Assembly: GCA_951812785.1 (NCBI GenBank)
Contig: OX638335.1
Span: forward strand, 135,630 to 199,629
Length of the DNA: 64,000 nt
Direction: 5' to 3'
Origin: an uncultured Gammaproteobacteria bacterium
Lineage (GTDB): Bacteria > Pseudomonadota > Gammaproteobacteria > UBA4575
Part shown: piece by piece, positions 32,569-42,565 of the stretch
Numbering within the stretch: the first letter of the stretch is position 1
Layout of the letters: each line of letters starts with the position of its first letter
Notes under the pieces: generated by a model
The model's input: the letters and a program-made list of their open reading frames with translations, nothing else
The model's database searches: none
What the model was told of the DNA's origin: nothing
Made by a program: the position numbers and the translations under genes

Positions 32569-33202
32569 ATGAACAACTTACAGAAGATTCAAAACTTAGC
32601 CGCTAGCGTCCGTGATAGCTTGGCAACCCTGAAACCCTCTAGCGGCCTTGATGACCTCGACGCTATCGCCAAGGAGCGCTCCTTTATTGCGCGAAAAGCT
32701 CGACCTGCTCACCGACGCAGAAAGTACAGAGCGTGAAAAACTCGAAGCAGAAGAGGCCGCCGCCAAAGCAAAACAGCGCCAGGCTCTACTCCTAGATATC
32801 GCGAAGCAAACCGAAGCGGCAGCGATCAACTACCAGGAGCTAACCGACCGCGCCACCTCGATGGTTAGGGAGCTGGTAGCGGTACTGGCTAAACGTGAGC
32901 AGGTATTCAGTCGTCAATCCGTTGGTCTGAATGCGCCGGAAATCCGCGAGCTTTTGAGCCAGGAAGAGCAGAGCGAATTATTGTCGAAGCTAGATAGCTC
33001 GACGGTTGGCGTTTACCCCGGCAATTTTGGTAATAACTGGCGCGAAGCGGTAGCCCTAACCTGTGCAGATAACGCAAACCTACGCCGCGACCTTTACGAG
33101 CTGGTAAAAACCCCCGCTCAATATCAAGACAACCCGCTAGCCGGTGGGCGTCCATTGCTGGCAGACACAGCCCGCAGCCTAGCCGCTAGCGAACCGGCAT
33201 AG
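32569..33202 (+). CDS. Hypothetical coiled-coil island protein; the N-terminal 26 aa are in a different frame from 32648-33202
   Basis: 'MNNLQKIQNLAASVRDSLATLKPSSGLDDLDAIAKER' (frame 1) continues plausibly into '..LLREKLDLLTDAESTEREKLEAEEAAAKAK' (frame 2). Confidence 0.3.
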
Positions 33203-33445
33203 CATACCAAGACCCCCACTATGGCAGCCACACCAGCTCATTCAAGGGGCGACCGCTATCAAGCAGACCTAAGCGCCCCCGGCAAAGTAATTGACCTAAA
33301 CGCCGAGTAACAACCCCGCCCGCTTCGGCGGGTATTAATGGAGACAAGACAATGACAGACCTTAAAGCCAGTAACCCCGCTCTTTACGAATTGGCCCGAC
33401 GCAACGGCGTGACAATGCCCACCAGCAGCACAATACCTGCCAACC

Positions 33446-33975
33446 GTGGAACCTATGACGTTAGACGAGCTTAAGCAGTCATACCCAGGCTTATACGTTG
33501 AATGTATTGCCCTCGGCGTCAATCGTGAAAGAGAGCGCATTCTGACTACGTTACCTGCAAGCGGTAACAGCGCCCGCGAACGCTTTGCCCTTGAGTGCGT
33601 CCGCGATGGTAGCGCCATGACAGAGACCGCAAAAGCTCGCTATCTCGTTATGACTATGGAAGCGGCCCGCAAAGATAACGCCAGCGCCTAGGTAGTAGCC
33701 GCTATCGAAAAGCGCCTGGGGGGTGAGTTATGAATCTTGAACAGCTACTACAAGAATCACCAGAGCTTTACGCGGCCATTGTTGAAGAGGGTATCCGGTT
33801 GGAGCGAGAGCGGGCACTCGCACACCTCGACACGGCTCGGTGGTACGACTCATTGCAGGAAGCAACCGAGGCAATACGGACAGGTGAACCCGCTGAATCA
33901 GACGAAGCGCTAAACCACCATTACGCAGCCGTTGAGGATGAACACGACAAGCTAGGGCGTTTGAGGGTGCGCTAG
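33446..33975 (+). CDS. Two tandem paralogous small ORFs (81 aa each; 33446-33691 and 33730-33975)
   Basis: 'LDELKQSYPGLYVECIALGVNRERERI' versus 'LEQLLQESPELYAAIVEEGIRLERERAL' — similar sequence and length, so a tandem duplication. Confidence 0.3.
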
Positions 33976-34235
33976 TGGACGATCTACAGCCAGACTGTAA
34001 CGAGTACAAAATGGCCTACCTAAGCCGCTTTATGAGTGACCGGGCTATGACAGCTAAAATCCCTGGAGACTTCCAGAGGCGGCAGGTAGCGGAACGGCTA
34101 TGGGGGCAGCGAGCTTGGGCGAAAGGTGCGGGGCGTTTTGTCTACGTGTGTATGCCCGGTACGGCACAGATCGCTAGCTTGAAGCGGCCAGAAATTTCAA
34201 CATCAATATACGGGGAGTTTGCACCGTGCACATAA
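33975..34235 (+). CDS. Hypothetical island protein (86 aa)
   Basis: ORF only. The codon bias fits the high-GC island. Confidence 0.25.
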   Translation: MDDLQPDCNEYKMAYLSRFMSDRAMTAKIPGDFQRRQVAERLWGQRAWAKGAGRFVYVCMPGTAQIASLKRPEISTSIYGEFAPCT

Positions 34236-34636
34236 TCAGCAAAGCCGAATTTGCGAGACAAGCGGGTGTTACGTCGTCGGCTATCTCTAAGGCATTAAAC
34301 ACCGCGCTAAAAGAAGCGCTTAGCGGAGACGGGATAGACGCCGACCACCCCGCCGCAATTCGATATTTATCCAGGTGTGGTCATGTAGGGCGGCCACATG
34401 GTGGCGGGAAATCAGACCTAGCGGCCTATGTGGTTTCCCGCTCGGACGAGCTACGAAAGCTAGAAAGAAACTTAACTAATGAAGCAGCCCCACTGGTTAA
34501 GAGTATTTCAGATAATCTTTTTCATTTAGGCTTTGAAGCGGACAGAATGAAAGCTGGAGACCGTAGCGAACGGATCGCATTCATTAAAAGGAATCTCGAC
34601 TACCTACAAAGCTTAGCGGGGGCGAGCCAATGCTAG
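34226..34636 (+). CDS. Hypothetical HTH-containing island protein (136 aa)
   Basis: N-terminal 'MHIISKAEFARQAGVTSSAISKAL' is HTH-like. Confidence 0.3.
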   Translation: MHIISKAEFARQAGVTSSAISKALNTALKEALSGDGIDADHPAAIRYLSRCGHVGRPHGGGKSDLAAYVVSRSDELRKLERNLTNEAAPLVKSISDNLFHLGFEADRMKAGDRSERIAFIKRNLDYLQSLAGASQC

Positions 34637-35030
34637 TAACCGCCACGCTAACGCTATTAGAGCTTTCGATACACTCCGCTTGCTATATGGCTCTAGGTCT
34701 CATGTTCGGCTACGTCTTAGGGGTGGCCGACACATGGAACCGATAACCCTAGAATTGCAGAGCACCACAAAAGAAAGCCCAGAGAGGTCGTTACTCGTAG
34801 AAGTATTACTCTTGGCGGTTGTTGATTCGCTAGACGGGGAGGTGCGTAAAGTAAACGACTACGACCAGGAGTTAGCCAGAGTATGGCTTGAGCGCTCCCC
34901 AGTGTGCCGGTACTACTGCATACTTGTCGATATAGATTATCAGGCCATGATTGACCGGCTAAATAAACACTGGCGACATTGCTAGCACCATAAGCTAAAA
35001 TTACCGCATTTTACTAAGGATAAACTGCTT

Positions 35031-35463
35031 ATGGCATTAACTTTTCACCCGAAGCCAGGGACGATTCTAATGTGTGATTTTAGAGCGGGGTTTAAAGCCC
35101 CGGAAATGGTGAAAGTTAGGCCTGTTGTTGTAGTTTCCCCAAAGAGAAAACATTGCTCCGGCTTATGTACTGTAGTCGCTATTAGCACAGTAACGCCCAC
35201 TACTATCGAAAATTGGCACTACCAGGTCCCTAAAAGCGAGTATGCCGCAAATCCAACGATTCCAAGCTAAGGACTCTTGGGTAAAAGATGATATGATTTA
35301 TCGTGTCGGTTTTGACCGTCTAAACCTGATTGAAATTGGCAAAGAGCCGGGAACGGGTAAGCGTCTGTACTTCAGGCAGGGCTTAGGTAGAGAGCAAATG
35401 AAGAGTATATATTCTTGCGTTCTTCACGCCTTGAACCTTGGGCATTTACCCCAACATTTGTAA
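35031..35463 (+). pseudogene. MazF/PemK-like toxin-fold protein split by frameshift at ~35245
   Basis: 'MALTFHPKPGTILMCDFRAGFKAPEMVKVRPVVVVSP...SGLCTVVAISTV' resembles the PemK/MazF N-terminal half. The C-terminal continuation is in the +1 frame (35242-35463). Confidence 0.45.
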
Positions 35464-35821
35464 CCAGTCGGAACTACGCTATAATTGACGTGAGCGCTCA
35501 CGGGTATATACTAAATAGTGTTCCTGCGCTGCTTCGGCATCAGGCTTTTAAGCCTACCAGAACACGGTAGCTAGCTACGGTAAAGGCGATAACAAGCTCA
35601 CTGTAGCTATGAATTTAGGCTCCGAAAGGGGCCTTTGTCATTTCTGGCGTATAGAAAAGTTATAAGCGGCGCACACTCCGAACAAAAGGTGACAGATTTG
35701 GAGACAGACACACAAAGCAGACCAAGCAAAAACCTCTACAAACCCCTTGAATACTTGCAATTACGCCGCACACACAACAAGCAGGTGCAAAACATAGAAT
35801 GATGATTTGGGGAAAATAACT

Positions 35822-36304
35822 ATGGACTTAAAAATACTATGCACCGGAGGTACTTTTGATAAGGTTTACTACGATGCCTTAAGTGATTATCAAATTGGAG
35901 AGCCGCAAGTTGAATGGATTTTAAAACAGGCGGGTGTGAATTTTAGTTATGAGATAGAAAGTATCCTTAAGAAGGATAGTTTGGAAATTACTCATGAAGA
36001 TCAAGAACATATTGTTGCAAAAGTGAAAACTGAACGATGCAATAAAATTGTCATCACCCATGGCACAGACACGATGGTTGAGACTGCACAGACATTACAA
36101 AATGTAAAAGATAAGACAGTAGTGTTGGTCGGTGCGATGCAACCAGCAAGGTTTAAAGATAGCGATGCAACTTACAATATTGGATTTGCAACATCGGCAG
36201 CAAGTATTTTGTCTTCGGGCATCTATATTGCAATGAATGGGCAATTATTTAATGCGGATGAAGTGAAAAAGAATCGTGATGCAGGCCGCTTTGAGAATAA
36301 ATAA
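35822..36304 (+). CDS. Short asparaginase-family protein (N-terminal domain only)
   Basis: 'MDLKILCTGGTFDK...ITHGTDTM' are the asparaginase N-domain motifs. At ~160 aa the C-domain is absent. Composition returns to host-like. Confidence 0.55.
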   Translation: MDLKILCTGGTFDKVYYDALSDYQIGEPQVEWILKQAGVNFSYEIESILKKDSLEITHEDQEHIVAKVKTERCNKIVITHGTDTMVETAQTLQNVKDKTVVLVGAMQPARFKDSDATYNIGFATSAASILSSGIYIAMNGQLFNADEVKKNRDAGRFENK

Positions 36305-36319
36305 ATTTGTTTAATTGGA

Positions 36320-36396
36320 CTTGAAATAAAGATTATTACCTCCATATTTAAAGCATAACGGTGAGGCTTGAATTGTTAAATTGATGCCCCGATATA
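36320..36396 (+). promoter_or_regulatory. Two tandem sigma32 (heat-shock) type promoters upstream of ibpA
   Basis: P1: CTTGAAA-N14-TCCATATTT. P2: CTTGAAT-N13-CCCCGATAT. Consensus CTTGAAA...CCCCATnT. Confidence 0.5.
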
Positions 36397-36413
36397 ATAG
36401 TTAAGTAATAAAT

Positions 36414-36848
36414 TTGAAGATAATTATGTTAGCAAGAATGAATGTACAACCAATGAATCTTTGGCGCGAATTTAATGACATGGAGGATTGGTTGTCCGCC
36501 GCAAATGAGCAGCATGAAACAACTTCGCGTTGGGTGCCTACTGTTGATGTGGTCGAACAACAAGACCAGTATGTATTGAAAGCAGACCTCTCGGGCATTG
36601 ATCGCAAAGATATTGAAATAGTGTTTGAGGATGGTGCGTTAACCTTAAAAGGTGAACGTAGTGAAAGCATTGATGATAGTCATGACGGCTATAAGCGCGT
36701 TGAAAGATCTTATGGCTCTTTCCAAAGAACTTTCCGTATGCCAGATAATATCGATGCAGAATCAATCACCGCGAAAAGTGAGCATGGTGTACTCGAAGTG
36801 CATGTGCCGAAGCAGGAAAAAGCACATAAGAGAATTGAGGTGCAGTAA
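36414..36848 (+). CDS. ibpA: Small heat-shock protein (Hsp20/alpha-crystallin family)
   Basis: Alpha-crystallin domain 'PTVDVVEQQDQYVLKADLSGI...GVLEVHVPK'. Confidence 0.85.
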   Translation: MKIIMLARMNVQPMNLWREFNDMEDWLSAANEQHETTSRWVPTVDVVEQQDQYVLKADLSGIDRKDIEIVFEDGALTLKGERSESIDDSHDGYKRVERSYGSFQRTFRMPDNIDAESITAKSEHGVLEVHVPKQEKAHKRIEVQ

Positions 36849-36937
36849 TCGCTTATGTAATGATTAGTTAAGCGTGACTTAAGGAACGATGGCGCCGCGT
36901 TAATTCGCGGCGTCTTTGCTTGAAAAAATCAAAAAGT

Positions 36938-37846
36938 ATGGAATATAAAGACTACTATAAAATTCTTGGTGTAGAGCGAGATGCAAGTGAGGCTGATATT
37001 AAAAAGTCTTATCGTCGTCTTGCGCGCAAGTTTCATCCGGACGTGAGTAAAGAACCTGATGCAGAAAAGCGTTTTAAAGAATTAGGTGAAGCTTATGAAG
37101 TGCTTAAAGATGCGCAAAAACGACAATCGTATGATCAATTAGGTGCGAACTGGAAAGCAGGTCAAGATTTTAACCCGCCCCCTGGGTGGGACAGTGCTGG
37201 ATTTGGTGGTTTTGGGAATCAGGCAGGCGGTTTTAATAACGCTAGTGGTTTCAGTGATTTTTTTGAGAGCATGTTTGGTGCGAGTTTCTCTCAATCAGCA
37301 GGGGCGGGACAGCATGCATTTAGTCAAGCAGGGCAAGATCAAACGGCAAAAATTGATGTGTCGATTCGCGATGCATTTAATGGTGCGAGTAGAACGCTTC
37401 GTTTAAGTGGCAGCAAATCTTTACAGGTTAAAATTCCTAAAGGCATTACAACAGGTAAAAAAATCCGTCTGAGCGGGCAGGGCTCCCCGGGGGTTAATGG
37501 TGGCGCTAATGGTGATTTGTATTTAGAAGTGACGGTGGTTGACGATGCTGAGTTTGAGCTTAAAGGCAAAAATGTTTATGTCAATGTAAACATTGCTCCG
37601 TGGGAAGCGGCATTGGGTGAAAAAGTTCCTGTTACCACATTAGATGGTCAGGTTGAAATTAAAATACCAGCTAATTCGAAAAGTGGCCGCAAAATGCGTT
37701 TGGCAGGAAAGGGCCTGCCTGGTAACCCAGCGGGTGACTTGTATGTAAACTTGGTGATAGCTACACCGGCTGCTGATAGTGATGAACAAAAAGAATTTTA
37801 TCAGCGCATGAAATCTACATTTCCATTTGACCCGCGGGCAAAATAA
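36938..37846 (+). CDS. cbpA: Curved-DNA-binding protein CbpA (DnaJ-like co-chaperone)
   Basis: J-domain 'DYYKILGV...HPD', G/F-rich linker and CTD1/2. No zinc finger, so CbpA rather than DnaJ. Confidence 0.8.
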   Translation: MEYKDYYKILGVERDASEADIKKSYRRLARKFHPDVSKEPDAEKRFKELGEAYEVLKDAQKRQSYDQLGANWKAGQDFNPPPGWDSAGFGGFGNQAGGFNNASGFSDFFESMFGASFSQSAGAGQHAFSQAGQDQTAKIDVSIRDAFNGASRTLRLSGSKSLQVKIPKGITTGKKIRLSGQGSPGVNGGANGDLYLEVTVVDDAEFELKGKNVYVNVNIAPWEAALGEKVPVTTLDGQVEIKIPANSKSGRKMRLAGKGLPGNPAGDLYVNLVIATPAADSDEQKEFYQRMKSTFPFDPRAK

Positions 37847-37920
37847 TTTGTGAATATGGAACTGAATATTAATTATTAACTCATAAGCCTTTGAAGATAG
37901 AATAAACAAAGCAATTAATT

Positions 37921-39282
37921 ATGGATAAAAAAATATTAGTGGCTTGTCTATCCATATATATTGGATTAACAAGCATTGCTACGGCTGGTTTGCCGGTAAG
38001 TGTTGATGGCGAAGCATTACCAACATTGGCACCCATGTTAGAAAAGGTGACGCCAAGTGTTGTCAATATCGCTACCTCGGGGACAATTGTTCAGCAGAGT
38101 CCATTATTTAATGATCCGTTCTTTAGAAGATTTTTTGATGTGCCCGAACAAAGGCGGCAGCGTAAACGTACTGGTTTGGGGTCAGGGGTTATTCTTGATG
38201 CAAAAGAAGGTTACATTGTCACTAATAATCATGTGATTGAAAAAGCAGATGATATTGTGGTGACGTTAAGTGATGGTAGAAAATTAGATGCGACTATTGT
38301 CGGTCGAGATCCTGGTGCTGATGTTGCTATTATTCAAGTCGAGGCAAAAAATCTCACGAAAATTAAAACAGCAAATTCAAACGACTTGCGGGTTGGTGAT
38401 TTTGTCGTCGCAATAGGAAATCCATTTGGTTTGGGACAGACAGTGACTTCGGGAATTGTTAGTGCATTAGGACGCAGCGGTTTAGGTATCGAATCTTATG
38501 AGGATTTTATTCAAACTGATGCATCCATTAACCCGGGAAACTCCGGTGGCGCTTTAGTTAATTTGCGCGGTGAGTTGATTGGTATTAATACTGCGATTGT
38601 TGGTCCGAACGGGGGTAGTGTGGGCATTGGATTTGCTATTCCGGTGAACATGGCGCAGCAAATTATTTCGCAATTAATTAAACACGGTGAAGTTAAACGA
38701 GGCCGCTTAGGTTTTACTGCACAAGATTTAACGCCAGAGCTAGCAGAAGCATTTGATATTGATCAACGTCATGGTGTTGTAGTGGCTAGAGTTGAAGAAG
38801 ATTCTGCAGCTGAAAAAGCAGGTATGCGTGCGGGTGATGTCATTGTTTCAGTCAATGGTGATTCAGTTGAAGACTCAGCAGATGTGCGAAACATGATTGG
38901 TTTGATTCGTGTTGGTACAAAAATCGAGATTGATATTATTCGCGGCAGCAAGAAAAAGAGGCTAGTTGCAAAAATAGCAGAGAAAAAATCAAAAACGATG
39001 GCAGGCAAAAAATTATCTAGCAAGTTCGCTGGTGCCGAGTTGACGTTAACCGAAGTAGAGCAGCGCAATGGTGAAGCCACGCAGGTGATATTGATTTCAA
39101 AGTTAGAGCCAGGAAGCTCTGCTGCTAACTCGGGGTTGCGTAGTGGGGATATTATTTTATCAGTAAATAAGCGTTCAGTAAGCAATTTTAAAGAGATGGA
39201 ACAGGCGATTAAAATTGAATCACGTGGCTTACTGTTAAACATCCAGCGTGGCAATCGTGGATTATTTATCTTAATTAGGTAG
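37921..39282 (+). CDS. degQ: Periplasmic serine endoprotease of the DegP/DegQ (HtrA) family
   Basis: Signal peptide, trypsin-like catalytic 'GNSGGALVN', two PDZ domains. Confidence 0.85.
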   Translation: MDKKILVACLSIYIGLTSIATAGLPVSVDGEALPTLAPMLEKVTPSVVNIATSGTIVQQSPLFNDPFFRRFFDVPEQRRQRKRTGLGSGVILDAKEGYIVTNNHVIEKADDIVVTLSDGRKLDATIVGRDPGADVAIIQVEAKNLTKIKTANSNDLRVGDFVVAIGNPFGLGQTVTSGIVSALGRSGLGIESYEDFIQTDASINPGNSGGALVNLRGELIGINTAIVGPNGGSVGIGFAIPVNMAQQIISQLIKHGEVKRGRLGFTAQDLTPELAEAFDIDQRHGVVVARVEEDSAAEKAGMRAGDVIVSVNGDSVEDSADVRNMIGLIRVGTKIEIDIIRGSKKKRLVAKIAEKKSKTMAGKKLSSKFAGAELTLTEVEQRNGEATQVILISKLEPGSSAANSGLRSGDIILSVNKRSVSNFKEMEQAIKIESRGLLLNIQRGNRGLFILIR

Positions 39283-39291
39283 TGCTATTAA

Positions 39292-39525
39292 TCACCCTCC
39301 CGTGACTGGGGGGAAAAACGCTACCTCATCTCCATCGTGAACGTTTTCATTAAAATCAACATATTCCTGGTTGAGAGCAGCCAGGATGTTTGCAGGTATA
39401 GCGTGCTGATAAGTGCTTAGATTCCATACATCCTCAACGGTTAAAGTCGGCTGAAACTCTAGCTGTGTTTCGCCGCTGCCAAGTTGCTCACGCAAACTGG
39501 CAAAAAATCGTACATTAATTGTCAT
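39292..39525 (-). CDS. moaD: Molybdopterin synthase sulfur-carrier subunit
   Basis: 77 aa ending in Gly-Gly ('...AFFPPVTGG'). Confidence 0.8.
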   Translation of the reverse strand: MTINVRFFASLREQLGSGETQLEFQPTLTVEDVWNLSTYQHAIPANILAALNQEYVDFNENVHDGDEVAFFPPVTGG

Positions 39526-39595
39526 TTTCGAAATAATTCTAAACAGTGAGTTGGTGTATCATTGGGCATAAATACTACCAAACATAAATATAATA

Positions 39596-40075
39596 ATGAC
39601 TCAGTTAACACACTTTAACACAGCAGGTGAGGCCCACATGGTAGATGTGGGTGAAAAGCCTTTAACACAACGCATTGCCATTGCAGAAGGTCGTATTGGA
39701 ATGCATGCCGATACGCTAGCACTGATTCAGAAGGGCGGCCACAAAAAGGGTGATGTGTTGGGCATCGCTAGAATAGCCAGCATTATGGCGGCAAAGAAAA
39801 CTTCTGACCTTATTCCGTTATGTCATCCATTACAGTTGTCGTCGGTCAAGGTGAGTTTTTCCTGTGAGTCTGAATCTAACCAAATACATTGTACTGTAAC
39901 GGTGAAGACCACCGGTCCTACAGGCGTTGAGATGGAAGCTTTAACAGCCGTACAAATAGCTTTATTAACTATCTACGATATGTGTAAAGCAGTTGACCGT
40001 GGTATGACAATGTCAGGTATCCAGTTGTTAGAAAAACAAGGCGGTAAGTCCGGAGTTTGGGTAAGAGAGCAGTAA
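39596..40075 (+). CDS. moaC: Cyclic pyranopterin monophosphate synthase
   Basis: '...[17 protein letters not shown]...', conserved MoaC fold motifs. Confidence 0.9.
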   Translation: MTQLTHFNTAGEAHMVDVGEKPLTQRIAIAEGRIGMHADTLALIQKGGHKKGDVLGIARIASIMAAKKTSDLIPLCHPLQLSSVKVSFSCESESNQIHCTVTVKTTGPTGVEMEALTAVQIALLTIYDMCKAVDRGMTMSGIQLLEKQGGKSGVWVREQ

Positions 40076-40113
40076 TCGTTAGGATAAAATATAAGGTTGA
40101 GGAGCAGTTAAAA

Positions 40114-41952
40114 ATGAAAATAATCAAGTATCTAGTTATCGCGTTAGTTATATTATTAGTAGTATTTGTAGCTGGCGCAGCCATATTGGTGGCGACAGTC
40201 GATCCAAATGATCACAAGGAAAGTATTGTTGCTGTAGTTAAGGATGCCACTGGGCGTGATCTAAAATTAGAAGGTGATATCGGATTTACATTTTTCCCCA
40301 AGTTGGGAGTAAAGCTTGGTCAGGCTGAATTTAGTAACGCTAAGGGTTTTGGAAATGAGCCATTTGCAAGTATTGATAAAGTCGGTGTCAGCGTTGACTT
40401 ATTAAGCTTGTTAAAAATGAAAGTGCAAGCAGATACGATTGAGCTAAAAGGGTTAAGAGTTAACTTGCGGAAAAACAAGAATGGCAAAACAAACTGGGAT
40501 GACCTTTCAAGTAACTCAAGTGGTGCTAGCAGTGATGCTGCATCAAGTGATAGTGCTAACATTGGTTTAGAAGTAGCGGGGATTCACGTAACAGACTCAC
40601 AAGTTGTTTATGATGATCAGCAAGCAGGCAATAAAATTACCTTAAATCCAATCAAGCTAAAAACCGGTTCTATTGGCAGCGGTAAACCATCAAAAATAAC
40701 GGCTCAGCTTGGTTTTAATCAAACTAATCCTGCGTTAACTGCAGAGGTAGAATTGAATACCAATGCGCGCTTGAATATAAGTACAGCGGTTTATGAGTTG
40801 ACTAATCTTGTGTTAGCAATAGATGCAAAAGGCGATACTTTGCCAAATGGTGCATTGAGTCTGAAAGTAAATAGCGATGTTGAAGCGAACTTAAAAAGTG
40901 AATCATTAAGCTTGGATCCTATTGATATTAGTCTTGCGGATGTCGCGCTTGATGGGAGTCTAAGTGTTAAATCATTCTCTAAACCAAATGTTAAATTTGC
41001 GTTGCACTCTAATGAAATTGATTTGGCAAAACTAGTGCCCGCCAGTGATAGTTCAAGTCCATCGTCAAATACAAGTTCTACTTCGGAAGCAAATTCTGAT
41101 GCGAAAATTGAATTGCCGATTGATATGCTGCGTTCATTGAAAATTGATGGTTCTCTTAATGTAGGAAAATTACTTGCTTCAGGGTTAACTATGACAGATA
41201 TCACTGCCAAAATTGATAGTAGGGGTGGAGTGATAAATCTAAACCCATTAACAATGAAGCTATATAAAGGTGTGTATAAAGGCAGTGCAGGTTTAAATGT
41301 AAGTGGTAAAACTCCAAAGTACTCAGCGAGTAGTGATTTAAAAAACTTGGCTATAGAAGGTTTGATGGAAGATCTATCTGAAGATGGGAAGTCGATTATT
41401 CGTGGTAAAATACAAATGGCCTTTAATGTCACAATCTCTGGTGATCAACCTTCGATGCTAACTAATCGTCTTAATGGCAATGCAAGTTTTAAAGCGGCTG
41501 AGGGTGCGTTACAAAGTGAAAAGCTTGCGCAAAACGTTGAGAAAGTAATCGCCTTCTTGAAGGGGAGAAGTCCTAAGCCTGCTGGTGAAGAACTCGTGTT
41601 TGATTCCTTGGCCGGCACATTTAACATTCAAAATGGTGTGGCTAAGAATGATGACCTGAAATTGATTACGCCTTTAATTTATGCCAACGGTAAAGGTGAT
41701 ATCGATATAGGTGAGTCTAGTTTGGACTATGTCATGGCAGTTGGTTTGTCTGAAGAGCTAGGTAAGGCAGCGATTCCAATCACTATTAAGGGACCATTTG
41801 AAAAACCTAAATATGGTGTTGATTTCAAAGCAGCGCTAAGTGAGAAACAAAAACAAGTTGTAGAAGAAAAGAAAGAAGAAGTAAAAGAAAAAATTAGCGA
41901 GAAAGTTAAAGATAAGTTAGGCGACAAACTAAAAGGCATTAAGCTGTTCTAG
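40114..41952 (+). CDS. AsmA-family outer-membrane biogenesis protein
   Basis: N-terminal TM anchor 'MKIIKYLVIALVILLVVFVAGAAILV', long beta-rich periplasmic body, C-terminal Lys/Glu-rich tail. Confidence 0.7.
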   Translation: MKIIKYLVIALVILLVVFVAGAAILVATVDPNDHKESIVAVVKDATGRDLKLEGDIGFTFFPKLGVKLGQAEFSNAKGFGNEPFASIDKVGVSVDLLSLLKMKVQADTIELKGLRVNLRKNKNGKTNWDDLSSNSSGASSDAASSDSANIGLEVAGIHVTDSQVVYDDQQAGNKITLNPIKLKTGSIGSGKPSKITAQLGFNQTNPALTAEVELNTNARLNISTAVYELTNLVLAIDAKGDTLPNGALSLKVNSDVEANLKSESLSLDPIDISLADVALDGSLSVKSFSKPNVKFALHSNEIDLAKLVPASDSSSPSSNTSSTSEANSDAKIELPIDMLRSLKIDGSLNVGKLLASGLTMTDITAKIDSRGGVINLNPLTMKLYKGVYKGSAGLNVSGKTPKYSASSDLKNLAIEGLMEDLSEDGKSIIRGKIQMAFNVTISGDQPSMLTNRLNGNASFKAAEGALQSEKLAQNVEKVIAFLKGRSPKPAGEELVFDSLAGTFNIQNGVAKNDDLKLITPLIYANGKGDIDIGESSLDYVMAVGLSEELGKAAIPITIKGPFEKPKYGVDFKAALSEKQKQVVEEKKEEVKEKISEKVKDKLGDKLKGIKLF

Positions 41953-41977
41953 CAAATCTTTAGCGAGACCCTTTTTA

Positions 41978-42565
41978 GTGAGAGGTTTCTTGTGTGTGCT
42001 GTGGTTGTTAGTATCCGTAGCACACCCCAGCGTGGAAACAGAACCCGTCACGGTTGAGGTAACGCGAGATACCAGCAAGGTTTATCATTTCAGCATGAGG
42101 TTTGTTGCAAATGCAGCACCCCATCAAGTATTTACTATTATCACTAACTATAATCATCTTTCTGAATTGAACCCGTTGATTAAATCTAGTCGACTATTGC
42201 CATCAAGTTCTCCTACGAATTTCTCTGAAAACTCCCCTAGGATTGATCGTGTTGAGTTGATCACAGAAGGCTGTATGTTATTTTTTTGTAAAAAAGTCAT
42301 TCGTGTAGAAGATGTTAGTGTTAATGAAAATTTAGATATTAAGACAGTGGTAGTGCCTTCGATGAGTGACTTTAAGTCAGGGAATACCAGGTGGACATTC
42401 ACGCCTGACGGAGATAAAACGATAGTTCGTTATACTGCGACTATGCAACCAAGTTTTTGGCTGCCGCCATTTGTAGGTCCATATGCGCTTAAAAAGCAGA
42501 TTCGATCTCAGCTTCAATACACAGCGCATAAAATTAATTTTTTACTCGCTTCTGATGCACACTAA
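41978..42565 (+). CDS. Secreted SRPBCC/START-like hypothetical protein
   Basis: Signal peptide. ~170 aa. Family assignment is tentative. Confidence 0.35.
   Translation: MRGFLCVLWLLVSVAHPSVETEPVTVEVTRDTSKVYHFSMRFVANAAPHQVFTIITNYNHLSELNPLIKSSRLLPSSSPTNFSENSPRIDRVELITEGCMLFFCKKVIRVEDVSVNENLDIKTVVVPSMSDFKSGNTRWTFTPDGDKTIVRYTATMQPSFWLPPFVGPYALKKQIRSQLQYTAHKINFLLASDAH

Larger units (their letters stand above)
28378..35800 (+). mobile_element. Integrated, decayed phage-satellite-like element of high GC (~55-60%) versus host
   Basis: Sharp compositional shift. Gene set: P4-type integrase, AlpA, Prim-Pol/helicase, small phage-like ORFs and a MazF/PemK-like toxin, most disrupted. It lies directly after yicC. 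No convincing att direct repeats were found. Confidence 0.7.

Noticed and set aside
28193-35800. att direct repeats flanking the high-GC island
   Set aside because: Only short, weak similarities ('GGTGACA'; 'GAATGAT..TTT') appear between the left and right junctions. They are not convincing without comparison to an empty site.
36401-36670. Minus-strand 89-aa ORF overlapping the ibpA start
   Set aside because: It overlaps the well-supported Hsp20 gene and its promoter, and its composition is not protein-like.
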